Of a DNA stretch of 51,920 bases, positions 10,500 to 19,466 are shown in pieces. The first letter of the stretch is position 1. Each line of letters starts with the position of its first letter. Source of the DNA: Pseudomonadota bacterium (lineage in GTDB: Bacteria; Bdellovibrionota; FAC87; UBA2466); the NCBI GenBank assembly GCA_043718025.1, contig JAYSWN010000165.1, positions 1 to 51,920 on the forward strand, written 5' to 3'. The translations under genes were made by a program, and so were the position numbers. The notes under the pieces are model-generated. The model ran no database searches, was not told where the DNA came from, and saw nothing but the letters and a program-made list of their open reading frames with translations.

Positions 10500-11128
10500 G
10501 GGGTAAGCAGCGCGATTTTGCTTACGGTGACGGTGAATTTACTTTTGGTGTCATCCCCATCTGCGTGAAGCCACAGGGCCACCGTGGGCAACGGTGGTGA
10601 AAAGGCGTGGGTAAAGGAAACATCGCCGGCTTGGGTTACGTTGCGTACGCTTTGCGTCTCGATCCACTTTCCTTTTTGCCGGGGCACACCGTTAATTTTG
10701 GTCCTCTGGGTGACGTCCAAAAAAGTGACTTTTCCAAAGCCGACATCTTCGCCGGCCAGACTCACCAAATTCAAAAGCCATTTCGGGGCAAAAAGACGTT
10801 CCACCCAACTCGGCCGGTAATCACCGGGCTGCACCAATCCCAGGCGCAGTACAAAGTCGTCGTTGCCCTCAATCCCTTCCTCTTTATCCGCGGCAAGCTG
10901 CGGTAATCCTGAGGCTTTCGCTTTAAGCTCGATACTCCTTACCGAAACCATTTTTTCTAATTTGTGGAACAGCGGGCTCGAAGACTCGTTCACTCGCAGG
11001 GTAATTCCGGCCTCAGAAAAAGCGACTTCGTTCTGCGCAAAGGCGGAGTATTTTTCATGACGCCACGCGCCCGGGAGAGACAGCGGGAGTAAGACAACAC
11101 TAACCAGGAGCGGCGATTTTTTTCTCAC
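10496..11128 (-). CDS. Hypothetical exported protein, DUF3047-like
   Basis: N-terminal hydrophobic segment, DDFVLR and ADGDDT motifs reminiscent of DUF3047; GTG start chosen from upstream -10 box. Confidence 0.55.
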   Translation of the reverse strand: MRKKSPLLVSVVLLPLSLPGAWRHEKYSAFAQNEVAFSEAGITLRVNESSSPLFHKLEKMVSVRSIELKAKASGLPQLAADKEEGIEGNDDFVLRLGLVQPGDYRPSWVERLFAPKWLLNLVSLAGEDVGFGKVTFLDVTQRTKINGVPRQKGKWIETQSVRNVTQAGDVSFTHAFSPPLPTVALWLHADGDDTKSKFTVTVSKIALLTP

Positions 11129-11258
11129 CCTTTGATCATAACCCAAGGGGGGCGTTTTTTGCGGTAGTAACGGCGCGTTAACTGAAACGGCATCGTTGCC
11201 AAGCCCTTTTGCCTCGCGCTATCTTAGCGCTTTTACCTTGATTGGGGCTTATTGGCCG

Positions 11259-12473
11259 ATGAAGCGTTTCGATGCCATTTTTGTGGGCGGCGGCCTTGCC
11301 AGCGGGATCGTGGGCCTAAGGCTGAAACGGGCTCGCCCTGAGCTTAATCTGTTGTTTCTCGAATCAGGGGCGGCGTGGGGCGGTAACCACACCTGGTCGT
11401 TTCATCAGACTGACATCTCTCCGCAAGACCAAATTTGGCTGCGGCCTCTGCTGTCGCGGGAGTGGCAAGGGCACAGCGTTCGCTTTCCTCAATTTACCCG
11501 TGGCATTTCGGGTTCCTATTTTTCGATTCGCTCTCACGACTTTCATCGGGTGATGATGGCGGAGCTTGCGGCTCACACCCGCCTCAATACGCGAGTGATG
11601 GAAATTCGCAATGATGGCGTGGTGCTCGCCAACGGAGAAGTTTTAAATTCTAAAATGGTGTTCGATGTGCGCGGCGCCTTTGCGGCCAACCAAGCCAGCA
11701 GCGGTTATCAAAAATTCGTCGGTTGGGAAGTTGAGCTCGATGGGCCGCACGGTTTGCGTACGCCCACTTTGATGGAAGCTTTAGTTGAGCAAAAAGAGGG
11801 ATTCCGTTTTATCTATCTTTTGCCGTGGGATTCGCACCGTTTGCTAATTGAAGACACCCGTTATTCTTCTGATCCGGTGTTGTACCGTGACGAGATGAAA
11901 ACTGACCTGGCTGCTTACTGCCAGAAGCAGGCGTGGACGATCAAACGGGTGATAAGGGAAGAGCAGGGCGTTCTCTCCATCCCCCTTACTGAGCAAGAGC
12001 TCTGTCGTTATCCCAACACCAACGACGCCACCGTGTTTCGGTTGGGAGTTCGTGCCGGCCATTATCAGCCCACTACCGGCTACTCATTGCCTTACGCGGT
12101 CCGAATTGCGAATCTATTGGCTTCCTTGCGCAATTGGGAAGCTTCGATGGTGGGTGAGGCGTTGGTAAACTTCGAACGCGAGTCGCTCCGTTTTCAGCGC
12201 TTCAGCCTATTTTTGAACCGCATGTTGTTCAGGGGCGCGGGAGATTCTGATCGTTACAAGATTTTTCAACGGTTTTACTCCCTGCGCCAGCCGCTAATCG
12301 AACGTTTTTATTCGGGGCAATCGGGTTGGTACGACAAGTTGAGAATCTTGATGGGCAAGCCGCCTATTCCGGTGAGAGACGCGTTAGATTGCCTACTCGA
12401 TGAATCGCGGCGAGAGAAGTCGTCTCTCGGTAACAAGATTTTGACCACCTTGCTGCCCTCGGAGGTTCGCTAG
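11259..12473 (+). CDS. crtY: Lycopene beta-cyclase
   Basis: GGGLA FAD motif, GGNHTWSFH, GYQKFVG, RFIYLLP, IEDTRYS, PTTGYSLP, LIERFY, GKPPIPV. Confidence 0.93.
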   Translation: MKRFDAIFVGGGLASGIVGLRLKRARPELNLLFLESGAAWGGNHTWSFHQTDISPQDQIWLRPLLSREWQGHSVRFPQFTRGISGSYFSIRSHDFHRVMMAELAAHTRLNTRVMEIRNDGVVLANGEVLNSKMVFDVRGAFAANQASSGYQKFVGWEVELDGPHGLRTPTLMEALVEQKEGFRFIYLLPWDSHRLLIEDTRYSSDPVLYRDEMKTDLAAYCQKQAWTIKRVIREEQGVLSIPLTEQELCRYPNTNDATVFRLGVRAGHYQPTTGYSLPYAVRIANLLASLRNWEASMVGEALVNFERESLRFQRFSLFLNRMLFRGAGDSDRYKIFQRFYSLRQPLIERFYSGQSGWYDKLRILMGKPPIPVRDALDCLLDESRREKSSLGNKILTTLLPSEVR

Positions 12474-13513
12474 TGAAACCAGAATCGCCCGAAAAAATTG
12501 CCGATAAAATTGCGCTCACCGATTTCGCCATTGCCTGGCCCTTTATTCAACGCGAGTTGGTCGACCCGCGGGAAGAGTTTTTGCAACGCCCCTCTAAGAA
12601 GTTTAGAGGCGAAATGGTTAACTTGGCATTCGAGATGGCTCACCCCCTTGGTAAGTCGGCGCAAGAAGAGTTTCGCTGTGAAAAGGCCGCGGCGCTTTTG
12701 GAATCGCTTCACGCGGGCTCGCTCGTGGTCGACGACATTCAAGACGACAGCCGCTATCGCCGCGGAAAAGCCACACTTCATCGTCTTTACGGTGTGGCGC
12801 GCGCCATCAACGTTGGCAATTGGCTCTACTTTGACGCCTTGGATTCCATTGCCGAATGGAATTTGCCCGCTGAGCGAGAGTGCCAAATTTGGCGCTTGTG
12901 CCACCGTGCTTTGAATCGCGCCCACATCGGGCAGGGGATAGATCTTGGCGTAGCTATCGACAAGGTGAATCGCCAAGACGTTACCGCGCTCTGTCTTTCT
13001 TCTCTAGAATTAAAAACCGGTGCGTTGATGGAGTTGGCCTTTGGGTTGGGGGGAGTACTGTCGGGAACTACGGTTACCTCGATAGAGCAGTTTCAACAAT
13101 TTGGGCGTGAGTTTGGCGTTGCCCTGCAGATGTTGGATGACCTGGGAAATTTGGAAGAGAAAAAGATTACCGACGCTTCAGTGGGCAGCATTCCCGACGG
13201 TAAACAGTTTGAAGATTTACGACTTCGCCGTCCCAGCTGGGTATGGGCCACCGCCGCCACGCATTTAGATGACGAAGGGTTCTTGCGTTTTGTCGGTGCC
13301 GTGCACGAGTTGCCCGACACCCAAAATCTTTTACCGCTATTGGCTTGGCTTCTACCGCTCGGTCAGCAGGGGGCCAACTCGCGTCTCAATCTAGCGTTAG
13401 AGCGGCTTGCCGATTCGAAATTGGTGACGACCGAACGTGGCACCAAGGCGTTGGTGCAGCTGGGTGAACAAGTTGCTCGTTTGAAGGGAGCCTATTTTGG
13501 AAAACCGAATTAA
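12473..13513 (+). CDS. crtE: Polyprenyl (GGPP) synthase
   Basis: LHAGSLVVDDIQD..RRG first aspartate-rich motif, GQGID, KTG, LQMLDD; located inside the crt operon. Confidence 0.85.
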   Translation: MKPESPEKIADKIALTDFAIAWPFIQRELVDPREEFLQRPSKKFRGEMVNLAFEMAHPLGKSAQEEFRCEKAAALLESLHAGSLVVDDIQDDSRYRRGKATLHRLYGVARAINVGNWLYFDALDSIAEWNLPAERECQIWRLCHRALNRAHIGQGIDLGVAIDKVNRQDVTALCLSSLELKTGALMELAFGLGGVLSGTTVTSIEQFQQFGREFGVALQMLDDLGNLEEKKITDASVGSIPDGKQFEDLRLRRPSWVWATAATHLDDEGFLRFVGAVHELPDTQNLLPLLAWLLPLGQQGANSRLNLALERLADSKLVTTERGTKALVQLGEQVARLKGAYFGKPN

Positions 13514-15935
13514 CTCGGTGGTGATCGGAAGTGGATTTGGCGGCTTGGCGGCGGCGATTCGTCTGCAGGCAAATGGGCACCAGGTGACCTTACTTGAAAA
13601 ACGCGACAAGGCCGGTGGCCGGGCCTACGTCTATGAAGACAAAGGGTTTACCTTCGACGCAGGCCCTACGGTGATCACGGCCCCCCATTGTATCGATGAA
13701 CTTTTTGAACTGGCCGGGAAAAAACGCGAAGACTACATCGAGTTTTTGCCGGTGAGCCCCCTCTATCGTTTGTATTGGGAGGACGGCACTGTATTCGATT
13801 ACACCAACGACATGGTTGAAACCATGGCGCAGATTAAGAAGTTGAATCCAAAAGATGCCGAGAACTATCCGCGTTTTTTGGATTACACGCGCAAAGTATT
13901 TGAGAAGGGGTACACCGAGCTTGCCCACGTTCCCTTTCTTAATTTTTCGTCGATGATCCGCTGTGCGCCAGATCTGATGAAGTTGCAGGCGTTTCGTTCG
14001 GTATACGGAATCGTTTCTAAGTACCTTCAGGATCCGCATTTGCGACAGGCTTTTAGTTTTCACTCTCTGTTAGTCGGGGGCAACCCCTACTCTACTTCCG
14101 CCATTTACACGCTTATTCATTTTTTGGAGCGCAAGTGGGGCGTCTTTTTTGCCAAAGGCGGCACGGGAGCGCTGGTTCGGGCGATGGTGAAACTGTTCGA
14201 AGATATCGGTGGAAAGATTCGTTACGAGAGTGAAGTGGCCGAGATCATGGTCGAGTCGCGGGCGGTGCGTGGGGTTCAATTAAAGAGTGGTGAAAAAATT
14301 ATGGCTTCGCGAGTGGTGAGTAATGCCGACGTGGCACACACCTACCGCGACCTTTTACAAAATACGAGTGAAGTCAAAGCGCGTGCGAAGCGGATTGTAA
14401 ATTCTCGCTATAGCATGTCACTCTTTTTGCTCTATTTCGGCAGCAAGAAAGCGTACCCGCAAGTTGCCCATCACAATGTGCTGTTTGGACCTCGCTACAA
14501 AGAGCTGCTCAAAGACATCTTTCAGCGCGGTATTTTGGCCGATGATTTTTCACTCTATCTTCACGCCCCTTGCCGCACTGATCCGTCGATGGCGCCCGAA
14601 GGGGGCGAGGCGTTTTATGTGCTTTCGCCCGTGCCTCATTTAGGCAAAGCCCCAATCGATTGGAAAACCGAAGGGCCAGTCTACGCCGATAAGATTTTAA
14701 AGTATTTGGACGAGCGTTATTTACCGGGCTTGCGTGAAAACATCGTTACCCAGCGTATTTTTACCCCCGATGATTTCACCACCGAGCTAAACGCCCACTT
14801 AGGCTCGGCGTTTTCGCTTGAGCCCCTTTTGCAGCAGAGTGCTTACTTCCGGGTGGCTAATCGTGATCCGGACGTGGCGGGTCTTTACTTTGTCGGAGCC
14901 GGAACTCACCCGGGCGCCGGTATTCCTGGCGTGGTGAACTCCGCCAAAGCTACCGCCGGAATCGTTTTAGAAGACGATCGGCCTACTCCATTGAGTGTGA
15001 CCGCCCCGGTCTATGTTCCTAGCGTTAAATCGGCATTGGCCGAATGTAAGAAGATGATCGAAGTCGGGTCCAAAAGTTTTTCTTTGGCCGCTAAGTTGTT
15101 TGATCCGCAAACGCGTGATGCGGCGTTTTTTCTCTACGGTTGGTGCCGTTATTGTGACGATCAGATCGATCGCGCCCAGAATTTACGAATTCAGGAGGAG
15201 CGAATAAAAGAGCTTCGTCTCGAAACAGAAAAGGCTTTCGATGGCACTCCCTGTAACAATCCGGTCTTCATCGCCTTGAGTCATATCGCGAAAGAGTATC
15301 GCATTCCTCGTCATTACGCGCTCGAGTTGATCGAAGGCATGGCGATGGACGTTCGCCGTGAAGCCTATTGGACCATCGACGATCTTCGGCTGTATTGTTA
15401 CCGCGTGGCGGGAACGGTGGGGTTGATGATGTCGCACGTGATGGGCGTGAGTGATCCCAGGGCGTTAAAGTATGCGGCTGATCTAGGGTCAGCCATGCAG
15501 CTCACCAATATTGCGCGCGATATTCGCGAAGATGCCGAAATGGGCCGCGTCTATCTTCCGCTGTTGTGGTTGGACGAGGGTGGAGTGCTTGAGGGGCAGA
15601 TCATGCAGCCTCGTTATCGCCATGCCGTGAGCCAGGTGGTCAAAAGACTGCTCCGCGAAGCGGATGCGTACTATGATTCGGGCTTGAGTGGCTTAAAGTT
15701 TTTACCGTGGAGGGCCGCCGTGGCGGTGAGTGTGGCTTCTGAAGTTTATTCACAAATCGGGCGGCAAGTTTTGCGGCGCGGTGAAGCAGCGTGGGATAGC
15801 CGTACGTTTGTTTCCAAGTGGGGCAAATTAACTGCCGTGGTGAGAGGAACTCTTCGCGTGTTATTGAGTGCTCCTCAGCGAATGTGGCTCCCCTGGAGGC
15901 GAGTGGAGATTCAACAGATATGGAGGCACGCATGA
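13497..15935 (+). CDS. crtIB: Fused phytoene desaturase (CrtI) - phytoene synthase (CrtB)
   Basis: N-terminal ~490 aa: GSGFGGLA, FDAGPTVIT, SFHSLLVGGNP, GAGTHPGAGIPGV. C-terminal part: GSKSF, WCRYCDDQID, YCYRVAGTVG, MQLTNIARDIRED. One uninterrupted frame. Confidence 0.93.
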   Translation: MENRINSVVIGSGFGGLAAAIRLQANGHQVTLLEKRDKAGGRAYVYEDKGFTFDAGPTVITAPHCIDELFELAGKKREDYIEFLPVSPLYRLYWEDGTVFDYTNDMVETMAQIKKLNPKDAENYPRFLDYTRKVFEKGYTELAHVPFLNFSSMIRCAPDLMKLQAFRSVYGIVSKYLQDPHLRQAFSFHSLLVGGNPYSTSAIYTLIHFLERKWGVFFAKGGTGALVRAMVKLFEDIGGKIRYESEVAEIMVESRAVRGVQLKSGEKIMASRVVSNADVAHTYRDLLQNTSEVKARAKRIVNSRYSMSLFLLYFGSKKAYPQVAHHNVLFGPRYKELLKDIFQRGILADDFSLYLHAPCRTDPSMAPEGGEAFYVLSPVPHLGKAPIDWKTEGPVYADKILKYLDERYLPGLRENIVTQRIFTPDDFTTELNAHLGSAFSLEPLLQQSAYFRVANRDPDVAGLYFVGAGTHPGAGIPGVVNSAKATAGIVLEDDRPTPLSVTAPVYVPSVKSALAECKKMIEVGSKSFSLAAKLFDPQTRDAAFFLYGWCRYCDDQIDRAQNLRIQEERIKELRLETEKAFDGTPCNNPVFIALSHIAKEYRIPRHYALELIEGMAMDVRREAYWTIDDLRLYCYRVAGTVGLMMSHVMGVSDPRALKYAADLGSAMQLTNIARDIREDAEMGRVYLPLLWLDEGGVLEGQIMQPRYRHAVSQVVKRLLREADAYYDSGLSGLKFLPWRAAVAVSVASEVYSQIGRQVLRRGEAAWDSRTFVSKWGKLTAVVRGTLRVLLSAPQRMWLPWRRVEIQQIWRHA

Positions 15936-16522
15936 GCCGAAGCGAAGCGCCACGCAACTTCGCGCAGGATTTTGTGCTCTATGCCTCGCGCATGGCCCAG
16001 TTTGATGCCATGGACTGGCGGGTTTACGTGCTGTGGATCGGCATGATGCTGGGGCTTTTTGGTTCGATTACCGGCTTTCTTGCCGTAGGTGTTTCTAAAG
16101 GCGTGGTTTATCCCGCTTACGTTTGGAATATTCCGGCCGGCACTTTTATCTTTATCATGGCCATTGCGTTCGACACGATTGGTCACCGTACCGTCTATAA
16201 AAAGGCGCTGCAACAGGGTGAAGCGCTGGTGCATCACATTACCATCGCGGCCGGTGTCTCTAGCTGCGTTCTCTTGTGCTTGGCGTACACCTACCCAGTT
16301 GGCTTGAGAGTTCCAGCCGTAGTGATGACTGCGCTCACCGTTTTTTACAGCATGATTGACGAGGGAATGCATTGGTTTCGCTACTTCGCCGGAAATTCTG
16401 ATCGAATCGAAATGTGGAGTCATTTTTTTATTTTCGTGGGACACACGATCATGATGCTGGCATGGCTATGGTGGTTTGAAGCCGGCTATCCGGGCGTTGC
16501 CGCCACTCTCGTGGGTTGGTAG
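15932..16522 (+). CDS. Integral membrane protein with repeated His/acidic motifs, last gene of the crt operon
   Basis: ATGA overlap with crtIB stop and GGAGG SD; about 5 TM segments; DTIGH, EALVHH, DEGMH, EMWSH motifs. Confidence 0.75.
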   Translation: MSRSEAPRNFAQDFVLYASRMAQFDAMDWRVYVLWIGMMLGLFGSITGFLAVGVSKGVVYPAYVWNIPAGTFIFIMAIAFDTIGHRTVYKKALQQGEALVHHITIAAGVSSCVLLCLAYTYPVGLRVPAVVMTALTVFYSMIDEGMHWFRYFAGNSDRIEMWSHFFIFVGHTIMMLAWLWWFEAGYPGVAATLVGW

Positions 16523-16556
16523 CCGCCCCCACTAGATTTGGGCTAGCGGCCAACCG

Positions 16557-17006
16557 CTAATTTTGTCGAACGTCACTGCGCGGAGCTGCCGGTGAGGCCA
16601 TCAAAAACTCTACATCCTTAATCAGTTTGCCCAGCGCGGCTCCTTCGTTGCTGCTGCGGCACCCCTCGGCGCTTAAGTTTTCTTGGGCGTCTTTGAACCT
16701 CAGCACGAACGGTGTGCGGCAAGGGGAAACCTCTTTTGCGGCCGGGTTTTTCTTGAGCGCCGCCAAAATAGAGGAGGTTTCATTCGCAATCTTTGAGAAG
16801 TTGTCGAAAGAGATATCCATCTCTTTCATTAGGTATTGGTCTTTAAACGCCTTAATGGTCGCCATTAGTGGGGTTTCATGAAGAAGGTAGCGGTGAGAGT
16901 TAGACCCTCGTTGGTAGGAAATCTCAATCTGCACGTTTTCAGATTTGCGCATTGAGGCACACCCAGAAAGTATAGTTAGACTAAAAAGAACAATACGGCC
17001 GTTCAT
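16557..17006 (-). CDS. Hypothetical lipoprotein
   Basis: Lipobox ILSGC after MNGRIVLFSLT. Confidence 0.65.
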   Translation of the reverse strand: MNGRIVLFSLTILSGCASMRKSENVQIEISYQRGSNSHRYLLHETPLMATIKAFKDQYLMKEMDISFDNFSKIANETSSILAALKKNPAAKEVSPCRTPFVLRFKDAQENLSAEGCRSSNEGAALGKLIKDVEFLMASPAAPRSDVRQN

Positions 17007-18075
17007 CGGAAGTGCCCTCACAATTTAGAATTGCCCTAATTTTAGGGTTCTCAGCAAAAATATTTCCGATGCGAATGGTTGGGTCGGGATAGAGCTCGGT
17101 TTCGGATTCGGCCACCCAAGGCTCTTGATCACAGAGATCGCGAATCGAGTTTATTGCGGCGTGCAAATTGTCTTCAGGTGTTTTTAGCTTTTCTTTGTAT
17201 CTTTCCATCGCGCGCGCCGTGACTTCGGTGGCCATCCAGTCGGCAAAGGCTTCGCCCAATTGATTTTTTTGGTCGCAGCGCAGTCGATCGGGTTCGATTT
17301 TTACAATTTTGTTTTGATAAAAGCAGCGAGCGAGGCGCCGGTAACTGGCGGGTTCAATCTTTGCGGCCTTTAGCTCGCACGGATCTATGGAGTGGGACAA
17401 TTCATGCGCGAGCGTAAAGACGCGGTTGAACCATGATTTTGCCGTCAATAAGTAGGCGCCGCCAACTCGAATCACTCGGCGCCCCGATTCGAGTGATTCA
17501 AAGTACATTTCGTTTTTGGTGAACAGGTCAGGCTCAGATTCATAGAGCGAAGCCGGTGGAGGCAACTCGAGTGAGGTCGAATCAATCCGCTCTTTAAGTT
17601 TGGCTTTGAGCGAAGGCGATAATACAGAGTTGGTTTGGCTATCAATGACTCGTTTGATCTCCTGTACGACCCAACCGTAGGCTTCGGTCATCCGCTTACG
17701 TCGCCTCTCGGTGTAAATATTTCGCACCAGCTTTTCGTCCACCTGGTCGCTCGTCCAATCCGGATGTTCGTGGATGATCTGTTCGTACAAGCGAAGGGCT
17801 TCAATTTCTCCGCGTACATTAGGTTGCACGTCACCGGTTGGATCTGAGGTAATGCCGCGACGCAAGCATGCCGCTTGAAAAAGCTCTCGGCATTTCATCC
17901 TTTTGGTTTCGGGCACCGCGGTGGAAGGCAGCTGGATGGCCGGAGAAGGCGGAGTGATGAGGTTTGCGCCGGGAGCCGAACTGGTCTGGCGCCTGGGGCT
18001 AAAAAAACTCCAAAGCACCACGAACGCGAGCACCATAGCCCCAAACCAAAGGCGCAAAGAGGGTGAGGGGTGCAT
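16981..18075 (-). CDS. Membrane-anchored M13 (neprilysin)-like zinc metallopeptidase
   Basis: N-terminal TM anchor; AHELSHSIDP followed by GEAFAD third-ligand motif; conserved Cys residues. Confidence 0.65.
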   Translation of the reverse strand: MHPSPSLRLWFGAMVLAFVVLWSFFSPRRQTSSAPGANLITPPSPAIQLPSTAVPETKRMKCRELFQAACLRRGITSDPTGDVQPNVRGEIEALRLYEQIIHEHPDWTSDQVDEKLVRNIYTERRRKRMTEAYGWVVQEIKRVIDSQTNSVLSPSLKAKLKERIDSTSLELPPPASLYESEPDLFTKNEMYFESLESGRRVIRVGGAYLLTAKSWFNRVFTLAHELSHSIDPCELKAAKIEPASYRRLARCFYQNKIVKIEPDRLRCDQKNQLGEAFADWMATEVTARAMERYKEKLKTPEDNLHAAINSIRDLCDQEPWVAESETELYPDPTIRIGNIFAENPKIRAILNCEGTSDERPYCSF

Positions 18076-18134
18076 CAGTCTATTCTACCCAAGCTGTTGA
18101 AAAACGTATAAATTTCGAGGTCTGGAGAGCTTCA

Positions 18135-19466
18135 ATGAAAACTATTTTTCTCTTCCTCCTCGTGTTTTTAACGGAATGCGCCGTAGGCAATGCCTTTTTG
18201 ACTTTGCCACACCGCGAAACCACTCTCACTAACGGTCTAAAAATTTACGTGGTGGAATTTCCCAGCCCGGGCGTAGTGGCTTACCAAATTTCAGTACGGG
18301 TGGGTTCGCGTAACGAAGTTGAAAAAGGAAAAACCGGTTTTGCTCACTTTTTTGAACACCTGATGTTTCGCGGGACCAAAAAACTCTCCGGGCCGGGTTT
18401 GAGCGAACTCTATACTCGCCTTGGCGCCGAAAACAACGCATGGACGAACAATGATTTCACCTCGTACCATGGGGTTGTCTCTACCCGTAATTTGGAAAAA
18501 ATCGTGGATGCGGAGTCCGATCGTTTTCAGTTTCTTTCATTCGAAGAGGCCCTCCTTAAAGACGAAGCGGGGGCCGTACTTGGCGAATACAATAAAGACG
18601 TGGTGAAACCAGGTTTCGTGATGGAAGAAAATCTGCTGGCTACGGCCTTTACCACTCATCCTTATGGCCACACCACGATGGGTTACAAAGAAGATGTTTT
18701 GAAGTTTCCGGATCGGTTTAAAGACGTGTGGCCATTTTTTAGAGCTCACTACCAACCTAAAAATGTTTCCGTGACCCTGGTGGGCGACATAAAACAGAAC
18801 GAAGCCAGTCAGTTGGTTGAAAAGTATTTTGGAAGTTGGAAGCCAAGTGAAGAGAAAGTGCCCCAAGTTCCCGCCGAACCCAAACAGACAGAACCACGCG
18901 AGAGGGATGTCACCCTAGATAAGCCCAGCCAGGTTCGGGTGAGCATTGGCTACCTGGTGCCGGGTTTTAGCACGCGCACCAGAAATTCGGCCATTTTGGC
19001 TTTTCTTTCCGAACTTGAGTTTTCGGCAACCTCTGAATTTCAGAAGAGCTACCGTTTCGATAAAGGCTGGGTCGATGAGGTAGATGCGCCCGCCACAGAA
19101 ACCATTGACCCTTCGTTATGGGTGGTGAGTCTACGTCTGACTCAAAGTGGGGAGCCGCATGAAAGTGCCTTGAAAAAGGCGGTGACGGATCGGCTGGAGT
19201 CATTGGCCACTCGGCTCATTGAAGAGAAAGAGATCCAAAAAATTCGTTCCCGCTTAATGAACCAAGCGGTGTTGGAATGGTTTCGCTCGCCCGTGGAACT
19301 TGCAGGTAAAATCGGGTACTACACCGGGTTTGAATCCGATCTCGGGGTACTCGATCGGCGCCTGCTTCGGCTTACCGAAGTCACGGGTAGTAATATTCAG
19401 AAATTTGCGAAGGAATTTTTGGTGCCCGCTGCGCGCACCACGGTGACTTTGAGGGGGAAACGATGA
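18135..19466 (+). CDS. M16 family (pitrilysin/insulinase) zinc protease, catalytic subunit
   Basis: LTNGL, VGSRNE, GFAHFFEHLMFRGT (HxxEH), NAWT, HPYGH. Confidence 0.93.
   Translation: MKTIFLFLLVFLTECAVGNAFLTLPHRETTLTNGLKIYVVEFPSPGVVAYQISVRVGSRNEVEKGKTGFAHFFEHLMFRGTKKLSGPGLSELYTRLGAENNAWTNNDFTSYHGVVSTRNLEKIVDAESDRFQFLSFEEALLKDEAGAVLGEYNKDVVKPGFVMEENLLATAFTTHPYGHTTMGYKEDVLKFPDRFKDVWPFFRAHYQPKNVSVTLVGDIKQNEASQLVEKYFGSWKPSEEKVPQVPAEPKQTEPRERDVTLDKPSQVRVSIGYLVPGFSTRTRNSAILAFLSELEFSATSEFQKSYRFDKGWVDEVDAPATETIDPSLWVVSLRLTQSGEPHESALKKAVTDRLESLATRLIEEKEIQKIRSRLMNQAVLEWFRSPVELAGKIGYYTGFESDLGVLDRRLLRLTEVTGSNIQKFAKEFLVPAARTTVTLRGKR

Noticed and set aside
12470..12976. 168-aa antisense ORF
   Set aside because: Shadow of crtE with no motif
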